The notes below the pieces were generated by a model. That model saw nothing but the letters and a program-made list of their open reading frames with translations. It was not told the DNA's origin and did not search any database. Below, in pieces: positions 8,282 to 16,387 of a DNA stretch of 57,238 bases (positions are counted from its first letter, which is position 1; each line of letters opens with the position of its first letter). The stretch comes from a bacterium. Lineage in GTDB: Bacteria; Patescibacteriota; Minisyncoccia; Moranbacterales; UBA9337. Position numbers and translations under genes: made by a program. The stretch is taken from the NCBI GenBank assembly GCA_021159185.1, contig JAGGSH010000035.1:1-57238 (forward strand). Direction: 5' to 3'.

Positions 8282-9368
8282 TTATTTCTTCTCCAAACAA
8301 GCCTGGATAAATTTATCAATATCCCCGTCTAAGACTTTTTCAACTTCGTTTGTTTCACATTTTGTGCGGTGGTCTTTCGCCATTTTGTAAGGATGCAAGA
8401 CATAAGAACGAATTTGGCTTCCCCATTCAGCGCTTTGATGTTCCCCTTTTAATTTTTTCTTTTCTTTTTCTTGCTCTTTTAAATATTTCTGATGCAGCTT
8501 GGCTTTTAAAACTTTTATGGCCCGTTCTTTGTTTTGCGCTTGCGACCTCTCGCTTTGGCAGGCAGCGGAGATTTTAGTGGGAAGATGAGTTATACGGACG
8601 GCGCTATCCGTTTTATTGACGCTTTGCCCTCCCGCGCCGGAAGAACGGAAAGTATCTATCCGCAAATCCGCCGGATTGATTTCCACTTCTTTTATTTCTT
8701 CTATGACTGGCAGAACTTCCACTAAAGCAAAACTGGTCTGACGTAAATTGTCAGAATTGAAAGGAGAAAGGCGCACCAGCCGATGCGTGCCGGCTTCTCC
8801 TTTTAAATATCCGTAAGTGAATGAACCGCCGATTTCCAGCGTGGCGCTTTTTATGCCCGCTTCCGCTCCCCGCGACTCGTCTATAATTTTAGCTTTAAAA
8901 TTTTTCTTTTCCGCCCAGCGCAAATACATTCTCATCAGCATTTCCGCCCAATCCTGCGCGTCCACTCCCCCGGCTCCGCTGTGAATAGTTAAAATCGCGT
9001 CATTTTTATCATAAGGTTTATCCAAAAGAGCTTTAAATTCCAGCGCGCTTATTTCTTTTTCCAGCTTATTTACATCTCGTTTTATTTCTTTCTCTATTTC
9101 ACCTTCCCTTTTTTCCATCTCCCACAATTCACTCAACTCTCCAATCTCGCTTTCCAGCCTGCCAATTTCTTCCACCTCGCTTTTCAAGCCCTCCAGTTTT
9201 TTCATTGCTCCTCCCGCTTTTTTAGCGTCATCCCAAAATCCGGCTTCTGACGATTTCTTTTCCAGCTCTTTTATTTTCTCTTGTTTCTTGGAAACCTCAA
9301 AGACGGTCCCGCAAAAACGGGATTTTACTTTTTAAATTTTCCAATTTTTCTCTAATTTCGCTTGTCAT
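8282..9368 (-). CDS. prfB: Peptide chain release factor 2, with programmed +1 frameshift
   Basis: Frame 0 runs from ATG 9368 to CGT CTT TGA (TGA at 9299-9297). The +1 frame continues GAG GTT TCC... into ORF 8282-9205. SPF tripeptide (SPFNSD) and GGQ (SGAGGQSVNK) are present. Confidence 0.9.
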
Positions 9369-9427
9369 AAATTTGATATTGATTCCACCGCCAAATTGTT
9401 ATATGGTTAAATTGTGTAGAAATTAGC

Positions 9428-9477
9428 CTAGATTCCCGCCGGAGTTTATCCCGTATTTATTACGGGGCGGGAATGAC
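9428..9477. repeat. Family-B element, single right arm (copy B1)
   Basis: CTAGATTCCCGCC...GGCGGGAATGAC directly abutting tRNA-Thr(CGU). Confidence 0.8.
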
Positions 9478-9486
9478 ATAAATTTT

Positions 9487-9559
9487 GCCGAGGTAGCTCA
9501 GTTGGCAGAGCAACGCACTCGTAACGCGTAGGTCGTGAGTTCAAATCTCATCCTCGGCT
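9487..9559 (+). tRNA. tRNA-Thr (anticodon CGU)
   Basis: Manual cloverleaf: acceptor GCCGAGG/CCTCGGC, D arm GCTC-AGTTGGCA-GAGC, anticodon loop CTCGTAA, T arm GTGAG-TTCAAAT-CTCAT; CCA encoded at 9560-9562. Confidence 0.9.
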
Positions 9560-9579
9560 CCATGCATACGGCTTATAGC

Positions 9580-10491
9580 TTACTGCCTATAGCTTACTGC
9601 TCGCTTCAACTCTTCCCACTTTCTATCCACCATCTTCTGAATTTCAGGAATGACTTTTCTATGTTCCGGGGAAAATAAATGTTTAAACCTTTTTTGCGTT
9701 TTTAAAAAATCTTCAATCGGTTTCCTCTTTGGCTGTTGATAGCTAATTCTATATTTTTCATTTTCAATCTCGTAAAGCGGCCAGAAGTTGGTTTCCGTCG
9801 CCAGCTTTCCTATTTTTACGTAATCCGAAACGGGAAATTTCCAAACATTAGTGCAAGGCTGTAAAACCAATAAAAAAGTCGGCCCTTCCGTTTCCAAAGC
9901 TTTCCTGGCTTTCATGGCTAAATCTTCCACGAAAGCCACATTGGCTTGGGCCAGATATTTAATATGGTGGCCGTTCACAATCCGCATTAAATCCTTGCGG
10001 TCGGTTTCATTCCCAATATCACAGCGGCTGGCGGGAGTAGTTTCCATATTGGCGCCGTAAGGAGAAGCTCCCGATCTTTGCCCGCCCGTGTTCATATATC
10101 CTTGATTGTCGTAAGCCACATAAAGAAAATTATGCCCCCGCTCCAAGGCGCCGGACAAACTTTGCAAGCCGATGTCGTAAGTTCCCCCGTCTCCGCCGAA
10201 TGCGACAAATTTTATGTCTTTTTTTATCTTGCCTTTCTTTTTTAAAACTTTATAAGCCGTTTCCACTCCGGAAATTGTCGCTCCGGCGTTTTCAAAAGCG
10301 TTGTGAATATAAGGGACTTTCCAGGCCGTGTAGGGATACAGCGTAGAAGTTACTTCCAAACATCCGGTAGCGTTAACCACCACTACCGGTTTTTTGGCGG
10401 CGTTTAGGATCGTCCTTGCAATTACCGGAATTCCGCATCCGGCGCAGGTAGAATGCCCTGTGGCAAATTTTTCCGTCAATTTTTTATTCAT
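9580..10491 (-). CDS. porB: Pyruvate/2-oxoacid:ferredoxin oxidoreductase beta (TPP-binding) subunit
   Basis: N-terminal CxGCG, TPP motif AFGGDGGTYDIGLQSLS...NQGYMNTGGQ. Confidence 0.85.
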   Translation of the reverse strand: MNKKLTEKFATGHSTCAGCGIPVIARTILNAAKKPVVVVNATGCLEVTSTLYPYTAWKVPYIHNAFENAGATISGVETAYKVLKKKGKIKKDIKFVAFGGDGGTYDIGLQSLSGALERGHNFLYVAYDNQGYMNTGGQRSGASPYGANMETTPASRCDIGNETDRKDLMRIVNGHHIKYLAQANVAFVEDLAMKARKALETEGPTFLLVLQPCTNVWKFPVSDYVKIGKLATETNFWPLYEIENEKYRISYQQPKRKPIEDFLKTQKRFKHLFSPEHRKVIPEIQKMVDRKWEELKRAVSYRQ

Positions 10492-10556
10492 ATTTTTACT
10501 GATATCTCTCCCGGAAAAAGGGAAAACAAAAGGAAGATTTAAAAAACTGTCTTTTA

Positions 10557-10844
10557 TTATCTCCTTTCAGTTCTATTTCTCTCTTTCTTTACTTTTTCGT
10601 TTAAAATAATTTTAATAAACGATTGATAAGGCACATCTCTTTTATTAGCTATCATTTTTAAACTATTGAGCAATGATTCGGGAAGACGCAAAGAAATTGT
10701 CTTAGTTGATGGCTTAAGGTTGGGAAAGTCTAAATTCCCTTTAGCTTTTGACCAATCAATATAATCAATGGAGTCTTTCTTGCTCCAAAAATCTCTTTCT
10801 CGCTTCTCGTTTTTAAACTTCGGAATTTTTTTTCGCTTTTTCAT
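10557..10844 (-). CDS. brnA: BrnA-type antitoxin (CopG/RHH-like)
   Basis: 95 aa, ISLRLPESLLNSLKMIANKRDVPYQSFIKIIL typical of BrnA antitoxins; overlaps the upstream BrnT gene. Confidence 0.7.
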   Translation of the reverse strand: MKKRKKIPKFKNEKRERDFWSKKDSIDYIDWSKAKGNLDFPNLKPSTKTISLRLPESLLNSLKMIANKRDVPYQSFIKIILNEKVKKERNRTERR

Positions 10845-11124
10845 AAATTTGTCTTTCTTTTCTACTCATATCTCGAGCAGAAATAATTCTTATTTTTCTA
10901 TTTCTTATAGTGAAAACCAGAAATAATAATCGCTTTAAACTCGTTTGTCCTAAAACATAATAACGCGCTTCTTTTCGAGAATGCTTTCTGTCAAAATAAA
11001 CTAAAAGTGGCTGATTAAAAAACACCTCCTCGCATTCTAAATTACTCACCTGATGCTTCGTCCAGTTTTTATTAATATTTCCTTTGTCCCAATTAAAACC
11101 TTCCAAATAGCTAAAATCTCGCAT
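10813..11124 (-). CDS. brnT: BrnT-family (DUF497) toxin
   Basis: FNWDKGNINKNWTKHQVSNLECEEVF matches the F-x-WD-x-x-K-x-x-x-N-x-x-KHGV signature; ...RIISARDMSRKERQIY tail. Confidence 0.8.
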   Translation of the reverse strand: MRDFSYLEGFNWDKGNINKNWTKHQVSNLECEEVFFNQPLLVYFDRKHSRKEARYYVLGQTSLKRLLFLVFTIRNRKIRIISARDMSRKERQIYEKAKKNSEV

Positions 11125-11167
11125 ACATTCTAGTATATTATCATTATATACAAAGTATTTTACTCAG

Positions 11168-12394
11168 TCAACATTTCCGCGCTTTACAATTTAAATATCT
11201 GACTTTATTGGAAATTTTTCCCTCAATCATATCTTCAAAAACTTTCTCAATATCTTTAATAAAAATATCCCTGCCTCCCAAACCGTAGATGTAGCTTGTA
11301 GCTTGTAGCTTGCCTGCCCGTCCGGCAAGCGGGTAGCTTGCGACACTATTGATAATCTCTGAATATAAAGGAGCGACGGATCCAAATGACATAGCGCGAT
11401 CTAGCACCGCAACATTTTTCGCGCCGGACAGCGCTTCAGCTATTTCTTCATATGGAAAAGGGCGAAACAGTTTTATTTTTAATAATCCCGCTTTTTTTCC
11501 TTGACTTCTCAACCTATCCACCGCTTCTTTGGCGGTTCCTGCCGTTGACCCGGCAACTACAACGACATAATCAGCGCCTTTAACTCTATACTCTTCAAAA
11601 AGCCCGTAAGAGCGCCCCGACATCTTTTTGAAATCAGCCGTAATTTTTTTGTAATAATCTTTAGCTTTTCGCGCAGCTTTCTCTTGATCCACTTTAAATT
11701 CAAAATAAGAATCGGGCAGTCCCACCGGACCGAAAGTGACGGGATTCTTAACATCTAATAAATATTCTTCAGGCTTGTATATTCCCGTAAATTTTCTTAC
11801 TTTCCTATCCGGCAGTGTTTCTAAATCTTCCACGCAATGGGAAGTGATAAATCCATCCATAATCGCCATTGCCGGCAATTCCGCTTTCTCCGCCAATTTC
11901 ATTCCAATAATCGTGTTGTCGTAAATCTCTTGGACATTTTCCGAAAAAATCTGGATCCAGCCGGCATCCCGCGCCCCCATCACATCGCTATGGTCCCCGT
12001 GAATGTTAATCGGCGCGCTTAACGCTCGGGAAGAAATGACCATCAAAATCGGCAAACGCAATCCGCTGGCGATATATAAAATCTCATTCATCAAAGCCAG
12101 CCCCTGCGAACTGGTAGCCGTTACGGTTCTGGCGCCGGCCGCCGAGGATCCCACGCAGGCGCTTATGGCGCTATGCTCCGATTCCACGGTGATAATTTCC
12201 GTGCTTACTTTTCTGTTAGCTTGAAATTTAGCAAACACTTCCACAATGGGAGTTTGGGGAGTAATGGGATACACCGGCATCACATCCGGATTTATTTGCC
12301 GCAAAGCTTCCGCCGCCGCCGCCCCGCCGGTCAGCGCTATTCTATTCTTATCTTCGGGTTTATTTTTTAACAAGCGATCTATTTCTTTTTGCAT
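11168..12394 (-). CDS. porA: Pyruvate/2-oxoacid:ferredoxin oxidoreductase alpha subunit
   Basis: VYPITPQTPIVE, ESEHSAISACVGSSAAGAR and C-terminal GLGGRD motifs. Confidence 0.85.
   Translation of the reverse strand: MQKEIDRLLKNKPEDKNRIALTGGAAAAEALRQINPDVMPVYPITPQTPIVEVFAKFQANRKVSTEIITVESEHSAISACVGSSAAGARTVTATSSQGLALMNEILYIASGLRLPILMVISSRALSAPINIHGDHSDVMGARDAGWIQIFSENVQEIYDNTIIGMKLAEKAELPAMAIMDGFITSHCVEDLETLPDRKVRKFTGIYKPEEYLLDVKNPVTFGPVGLPDSYFEFKVDQEKAARKAKDYYKKITADFKKMSGRSYGLFEEYRVKGADYVVVVAGSTAGTAKEAVDRLRSQGKKAGLLKIKLFRPFPYEEIAEALSGAKNVAVLDRAMSFGSVAPLYSEIINSVASYPLAGRAGKLQATSYIYGLGGRDIFIKDIEKVFEDMIEGKISNKVRYLNCKARKC
11291..11343. repeat. Low-complexity/hairpin DNA inside the porA coding sequence
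   Basis: GTAGCTTG x3, then hairpin GCTTGCC-TGCCCGTCC-GGCAAGC, then GGTAGCTTGCGAC; encodes ...SYPLAGRAGKLQATSY... Confidence 0.8.
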
Positions 12395-12461
12395 ATTCTT
12401 ATTTTGTCTCGCAAGTAAATTTTATCACATTAATTCAATAGAGCAAAAGATTGCGCAGTAC

Positions 12462-12633
12462 TATAATTTTTTTCGCTTATTCCCCACCTGTCATTCCGGA
12501 ATTTTTTCTGAAGCACCAGCGAAAGAAAAAATATCCGGAATCTAGGTCAATTAAAATTTTTTAAGCGTGAGATAATTGAAAGCGTAGATTCCGGATATTT
12601 TCTCCGTTGCTACTCCGAAAATTCCGGAATGAC
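12462..12633. repeat. Family-A element, copy A2
   Basis: CTATAATTTTTTTCGC flank, then GTCATTCCGGAATTTTTTCTGAAGC...ATATCCGGAATCTA - centre - TAGATTCCGGATAT...ATTCCGGAATGAC. Confidence 0.9.
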
Positions 12634-12690
12634 ATAAACATAAAGTGTGGACATATCAATAATGTTAGAAATTTTTACAGCTTAACCGCT

Positions 12691-13467
12691 TTACATATCT
12701 TCCGCGATGCGCGGCGCCATCTTGCGGTAAGATAAAATACTCAAAGCAAAAGCTATTCCAATCAAAGCTATGAATATTAAGTTTTGCCACGGATCGGCAA
12801 AATGATTTTTAATAAGCGACTCTTTGGTAAAGTGAATTATGAAAGCCATGGGGTTGATAAGTAAAATTCTTTGTATGTATTCGGGAAGCATTTGGAGCGG
12901 ATAAATAATGGGACTGGCGTAAAACAGCGCAGTGACAATCACTTCCCAAATCATTGAAAGATCGCGGAATTTTACATAAAGCGGAGCGGTGAAAAGCGAA
13001 AAAGTTAAGATGAGAATATAAATTAAAATTAAAGAAAGTATAAACATCAGGATAGATTCAAGACTAGGAAGAAAACCTTTCCAGACAAAGAAGAAAATGA
13101 TAACAATCAGATTCATCAAAAAAATAAGCGCCGCGTTAATAGTGGACGCTAAAATAATCGTCCAGCGGGGAACATAAATTTTAGTCACCAACTGCGCCTT
13201 GGAAATAAGAGATCCCATTCCGGCTGAAGTACCCTCGCTAAAAAAAGTAAACATCATAATTCCCACCAAAAGTTCCAGTGAGTAATATTCATTGCCTGTT
13301 CCGCGAGGATTGAAAATTGAAGAGAAGACAAAATTTAAAATAGCAAACATTAAAAGAGGCTTAAGAATAGCCCACACATAACCCAGCGCTGATCCATGAT
13401 AACGAAGCTTAAAATCAGTCTTGGCTAATGTCCAAATAAGCTCTTTATAATTTTCATGATGCTTCAT
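12691..13467 (-). CDS. ABC-2 type transporter permease (Wzm/TagG-like)
   Basis: 258 aa, 6 TM segments, N-terminal TDFKLRYHGSALGYVWAILKPL characteristic of ABC-2 exporters. Confidence 0.8.
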   Translation of the reverse strand: MKHHENYKELIWTLAKTDFKLRYHGSALGYVWAILKPLLMFAILNFVFSSIFNPRGTGNEYYSLELLVGIMMFTFFSEGTSAGMGSLISKAQLVTKIYVPRWTIILASTINAALIFLMNLIVIIFFFVWKGFLPSLESILMFILSLILIYILILTFSLFTAPLYVKFRDLSMIWEVIVTALFYASPIIYPLQMLPEYIQRILLINPMAFIIHFTKESLIKNHFADPWQNLIFIALIGIAFALSILSYRKMAPRIAEDM

Positions 13468-13491
13468 AATGCAAACGCGCGATACACAACG

Positions 13492-13562
13492 CGCGGGTAG
13501 AGGGAATTGAACCCCCGATTGCGGTTTTGGAGACCGCTGTTATACCACTTAACTATACCCGC
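13492..13562 (-). tRNA. tRNA-Trp (anticodon CCA)
   Basis: Reverse complement GCGGGTA-TA-GTTAAGTGGTATAAC-A-GCGGT-CTCCAAA-ACCGC-...-TTCAATT-...-TACCCGC-G. Confidence 0.9.
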
Positions 13563-13568
13563 AATAGC

Positions 13569-13730
13569 TTACTTCATCTCTTTATGGATAGTATGTTTTT
13601 TACAAAATTTGCAAAACTTTTTCAGTTCCAGTTTTTCTTTAATTTTTTTCTTATTTCGGTTGGTGTAATAATTTATGTTTTTGCATTCAGCGCATTTTAA
13701 TTTCACTAGATTTTCTTTTGCTTTTGCCAT
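13569..13730 (-). CDS. rpmG: 50S ribosomal protein L33
   Basis: 53-aa ORF absent from the ORF track: [53 protein letters not shown]; CxxC...CxxC zinc-ribbon L33 pattern. Confidence 0.85.
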   Translation of the reverse strand: MAKAKENLVKLKCAECKNINYYTNRNKKKIKEKLELKKFCKFCKKHTIHKEMK

Positions 13731-13787
13731 AATTTTATTTCATAAAAATATAAATTTGTTAAATATATCCCGGTTATTTTCTATCAG

Positions 13788-13860
13788 AGCCCGAGACCGG
13801 ATTTGAACCGGTGACCTACTCCTTACCATGGAGTTGCTCTGCCAGCTGAGCTACCCGGGC
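13788..13860 (-). tRNA. tRNA-Thr (anticodon GGU)
   Basis: Reverse complement GCCCGGG-TA-GCTCAGCTGGCAGAGC-A-ACTCC-ATGGTAA-GGAGT-AGGTC-ACCGG-TTCAAAT-CCGGT-CTCGGGC-T. Confidence 0.9.
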
Positions 13861-13887
13861 ATGATATGCTACGAGTAAAAATTAATG

Positions 13888-13970
13888 TGGGTGGAGACGG
13901 ATTTGAACCGCCGAAGTCCGAAGACGCCTGATTTACAGTCAGGTGCATTAGGCCACTCTGCCATCCACCC
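13888..13970 (-). tRNA. tRNA-Tyr (anticodon GUA), long variable arm
   Basis: Reverse complement GGGTGGA-TG-GCAGAGTGGCCTAATGC...anticodon loop CTGTAAA...variable arm GCGTCTTCGGAC...TTCAAAT...TCCACCC-A. Confidence 0.9.
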
Positions 13971-13984
13971 ATTTGTCCGACATG

Positions 13985-14057
13985 AGCCACCTGTCAGATT
14001 CGAACTGACGACCTGCTGTTTACAAAACAGTTGCTCTGCCAGCTGAGCTAAGGTGGC
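13985..14057 (-). tRNA. tRNA-Thr (anticodon UGU)
   Basis: Reverse complement GCCACCT-TA-GCTCAGCTGGCAGAGC-A-ACTGT-TTTGTAA-ACAGC-AGGTC-GTCAG-TTCGAAT-CTGAC-AGGTGGC-T. Confidence 0.9.
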
Positions 14058-14075
14058 ATATTGCGGATTGGCAAA

Positions 14076-14771
14076 TTAACTATTTAAAAACTTTTTCAAT
14101 TTTCTTATTTTTACTCTGGCTTTGTAATTAACCGGGCTTAATTTTAAAACTTGCCTGTAACATTCCAAAGCGTCTTTGAAATTTTGCCGCTCAATATAAT
14201 AATCACCCAGCCTTTCATAAGCTTCCAGATCGCGCGGATTAATTGCTATCCTTTCAATAAGCGTCTCCTCCAGCTTATCTTTAACTGCTGCTGATTGGCC
14301 TCTAAAATCTTCGGGCTGCGCCGCTTTTCTGCTTACCATAGGACGATTATTTATATCGTTTGTTTCCCTATTGCTTTTACCAGCTTTTTTTATTTTTTTT
14401 CTTGCAAGCAAACTGCGCGGAATAAATTTTCTGGCTGTTTCTTTCTTTAAAAAACTTTTTTGAGAAGAATCAAGACCGTTTTTAATTTTCTTTTCTTTTA
14501 TGGACCGAAAACATTTATCGGCGATGTTGTGGGATTTTAAAAATAATACTTTAAACCACTGGCTGATTATTTCCAGAAAACTGAAAGTGATCGCGGACAC
14601 CTTAGAAAAACTAATTTTTTTCAGTCTCTTGGCTATTTTTGCCTGCTGGCTTTCTTCGGATAATCTTGCGCTTTCCTCATTAGAAAAATTGGAAATTTTG
14701 CGGGAAAGAAAAAAAAGCAGAAGGGCCAAACCAATAATTATTACAGCAGGAGGAATTATTAAATACAGCAT
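14076..14771 (-). CDS. Membrane-anchored TPR-repeat protein
   Basis: N-terminal TM, basic linker, C-terminal TPR-like LGDYYIERQNFKDALECYRQVLKLSPVNYKA. Confidence 0.55.
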   Translation of the reverse strand: MLYLIIPPAVIIIGLALLLFFLSRKISNFSNEESARLSEESQQAKIAKRLKKISFSKVSAITFSFLEIISQWFKVLFLKSHNIADKCFRSIKEKKIKNGLDSSQKSFLKKETARKFIPRSLLARKKIKKAGKSNRETNDINNRPMVSRKAAQPEDFRGQSAAVKDKLEETLIERIAINPRDLEAYERLGDYYIERQNFKDALECYRQVLKLSPVNYKARVKIRKLKKFLNS

Positions 14772-14816
14772 ACAAAAAAATTAACGGCAGTTAAACTATA
14801 TTATAGGATAGGAATG

Positions 14817-14962
14817 TAAAATTTCTAATTTCTAATCAATGTCCGATACTTAAATTTTAATGCCCAAATTTCTTTTGAAATTTGTCATTAGAAATTTGAA
14901 ATTTTGTTAGAAATTATCTGGATTTGCCAGACCTGGCATAGCTAGGGGAATTAGAAATTGGT
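14817..14962. repeat. Family-C palindromic element (copy C4)
   Basis: AAATTTCTAATTTCTAA ... TTAGAAATTTGAAATT ... TTAGAAATTGGTAATT; also contains the small palindrome TGCCAGACCTGGCA. Confidence 0.75.
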
Positions 14963-14964
14963 AA

Positions 14965-15741
14965 TTATTTTAAATCTTCTTTCTTGACAGTTATAATTTG
15001 TTTGTCCTTTAATTTAATTTTAATTTCCTGTTTAAGAGCGTTAACCTCTATCACTTCTCCCTCCGCTTTATCTGTTTTAACTGTGCTGCGAAGTTCCGGC
15101 ATACCTGAGAGCAACTCTTGATATTGCCGCGCTTCATAAGCCAGACAGCACATTAATCTTCCGCAAACACCTGAAATTCTTTCCGATCCCCTATGCGATA
15201 TTTGCTGAATGCGCGCCATATTAGATGAAATACTAGGAAGATTTCCGGGAAATTTTACACAGCAAAACTCCCTTCCGCAAATTCCGCAACCTCCCAGTTT
15301 CCTGGTTTCATCCCTTGACCCAATTTGCTGCATTTTTACCGAATGATGAAATTTTCTGGAAAGGTTTTTAACTAATTCGCGAAAATCTATTCTTCCGCTG
15401 GCGGTAAAAGCCACCACCACATTTCCTCTTTCCAGCGTAATCCAAGCATCTACCAATTTCATTTCAATTTTTAATTTTCTAATTTCCTCATGGCATATTT
15501 CCAAAATTTCTTTTTTTTGTTTTTTATTTTTCTCAGCTGTCTGGATATCTCGCGGACTGGCTTTTCGAATAATCTCTTGCAGCGGCGTTTCTTTAGTTTC
15601 TATGAAATCCGTTTCAATTATTCCCAAATCATTATCAAACTCTCCCTTAAGAATAATGTAATCGCCTTTCTTAAATTTTATATGGCTGGAACATAATCTT
15701 GGATTTTCCCAATCATGCAAGCTGGCTAAATATTTATACAT
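14965..15741 (-). CDS. PSP1 domain protein (YaaT/RicT-like)
   Basis: Cys-rich GGCGICGREFCC...GVCGRLMCCLAYE motif typical of the PSP1 C-terminal domain. Confidence 0.8.
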   Translation of the reverse strand: MYKYLASLHDWENPRLCSSHIKFKKGDYIILKGEFDNDLGIIETDFIETKETPLQEIIRKASPRDIQTAEKNKKQKKEILEICHEEIRKLKIEMKLVDAWITLERGNVVVAFTASGRIDFRELVKNLSRKFHHSVKMQQIGSRDETRKLGGCGICGREFCCVKFPGNLPSISSNMARIQQISHRGSERISGVCGRLMCCLAYEARQYQELLSGMPELRSTVKTDKAEGEVIEVNALKQEIKIKLKDKQIITVKKEDLK

Positions 15742-15758
15742 AAGCAGATACAGATTTT

Positions 15759-16337
15759 TTACAATTCATACCTAATAAATTCTCCCACTTGAATATTTTC
15801 TCCAATCTTTCCAATTTTCTCGTTAATCAAATCGCTTATTGTTTTATCGGGATCCTTAATAAACGGCTGAGTTGAAAGAGAGATTTCCGACCGGAATTTT
15901 TTTTCTTTCTCTTCCAGTATTTTCTTCTGTATTTCTTTCGGTTTTTTCTCTTTCTCAAGCTGAGCGCTCCATATTTCTCTTTCTTTTTTAATTAAATTTT
16001 GAGGAACATCCTCCGGCTTTAAAAATTGAGGGTCCATCGCGCTTATGTGCATAGCGATATCTTTGGCTAATTTCCGAAACTCTTCATTTTTAGCCACGAA
16101 ATCAGTTTCACAGAAAAGTTTAACCATAGAACCCAGCTTGCCAGTGGAATGAATATAAACACCTAGCACGCCTTCTTTGGTTTCACGGCCGGCTTTTTTA
16201 ACAGCTTTGCTCTGACCGCTGGCTCTGATAATATCCAAAGCTTTAACTTCGTCTCCTTTAGATTCTTCCAGCGCCTTCTTGACATCCACTATCCCCGCCC
16301 CCGTTCTTTCTCTAAGTTTTTTAATTTTATTTAACAT
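15759..16337 (-). CDS. tsf: Translation elongation factor Ts (short form)
   Basis: N-terminal LRERTGAGIVDVKKALEE UBA-like motif; follows rpsB as in the conserved rpsB-tsf operon. Confidence 0.85.
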   Translation of the reverse strand: MLNKIKKLRERTGAGIVDVKKALEESKGDEVKALDIIRASGQSKAVKKAGRETKEGVLGVYIHSTGKLGSMVKLFCETDFVAKNEEFRKLAKDIAMHISAMDPQFLKPEDVPQNLIKKEREIWSAQLEKEKKPKEIQKKILEEKEKKFRSEISLSTQPFIKDPDKTISDLINEKIGKIGENIQVGEFIRYEL

Positions 16338-16387
16338 AATGATTTAAATCGCTAATCAATGCGAATTATACTCTAATTATCACTAAT

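Noticed and set aside
9297-9299. Hypothesis of UGA-to-Gly recoding (code 25), as in some CPR lineages
   Set aside because: RF2 is present with its UGA-dependent autoregulatory frameshift, and TGA ends several ORFs (HAD hydrolase, porA, rnhA, the dsbA-like gene, the pyrD-like gene) at plausible lengths.
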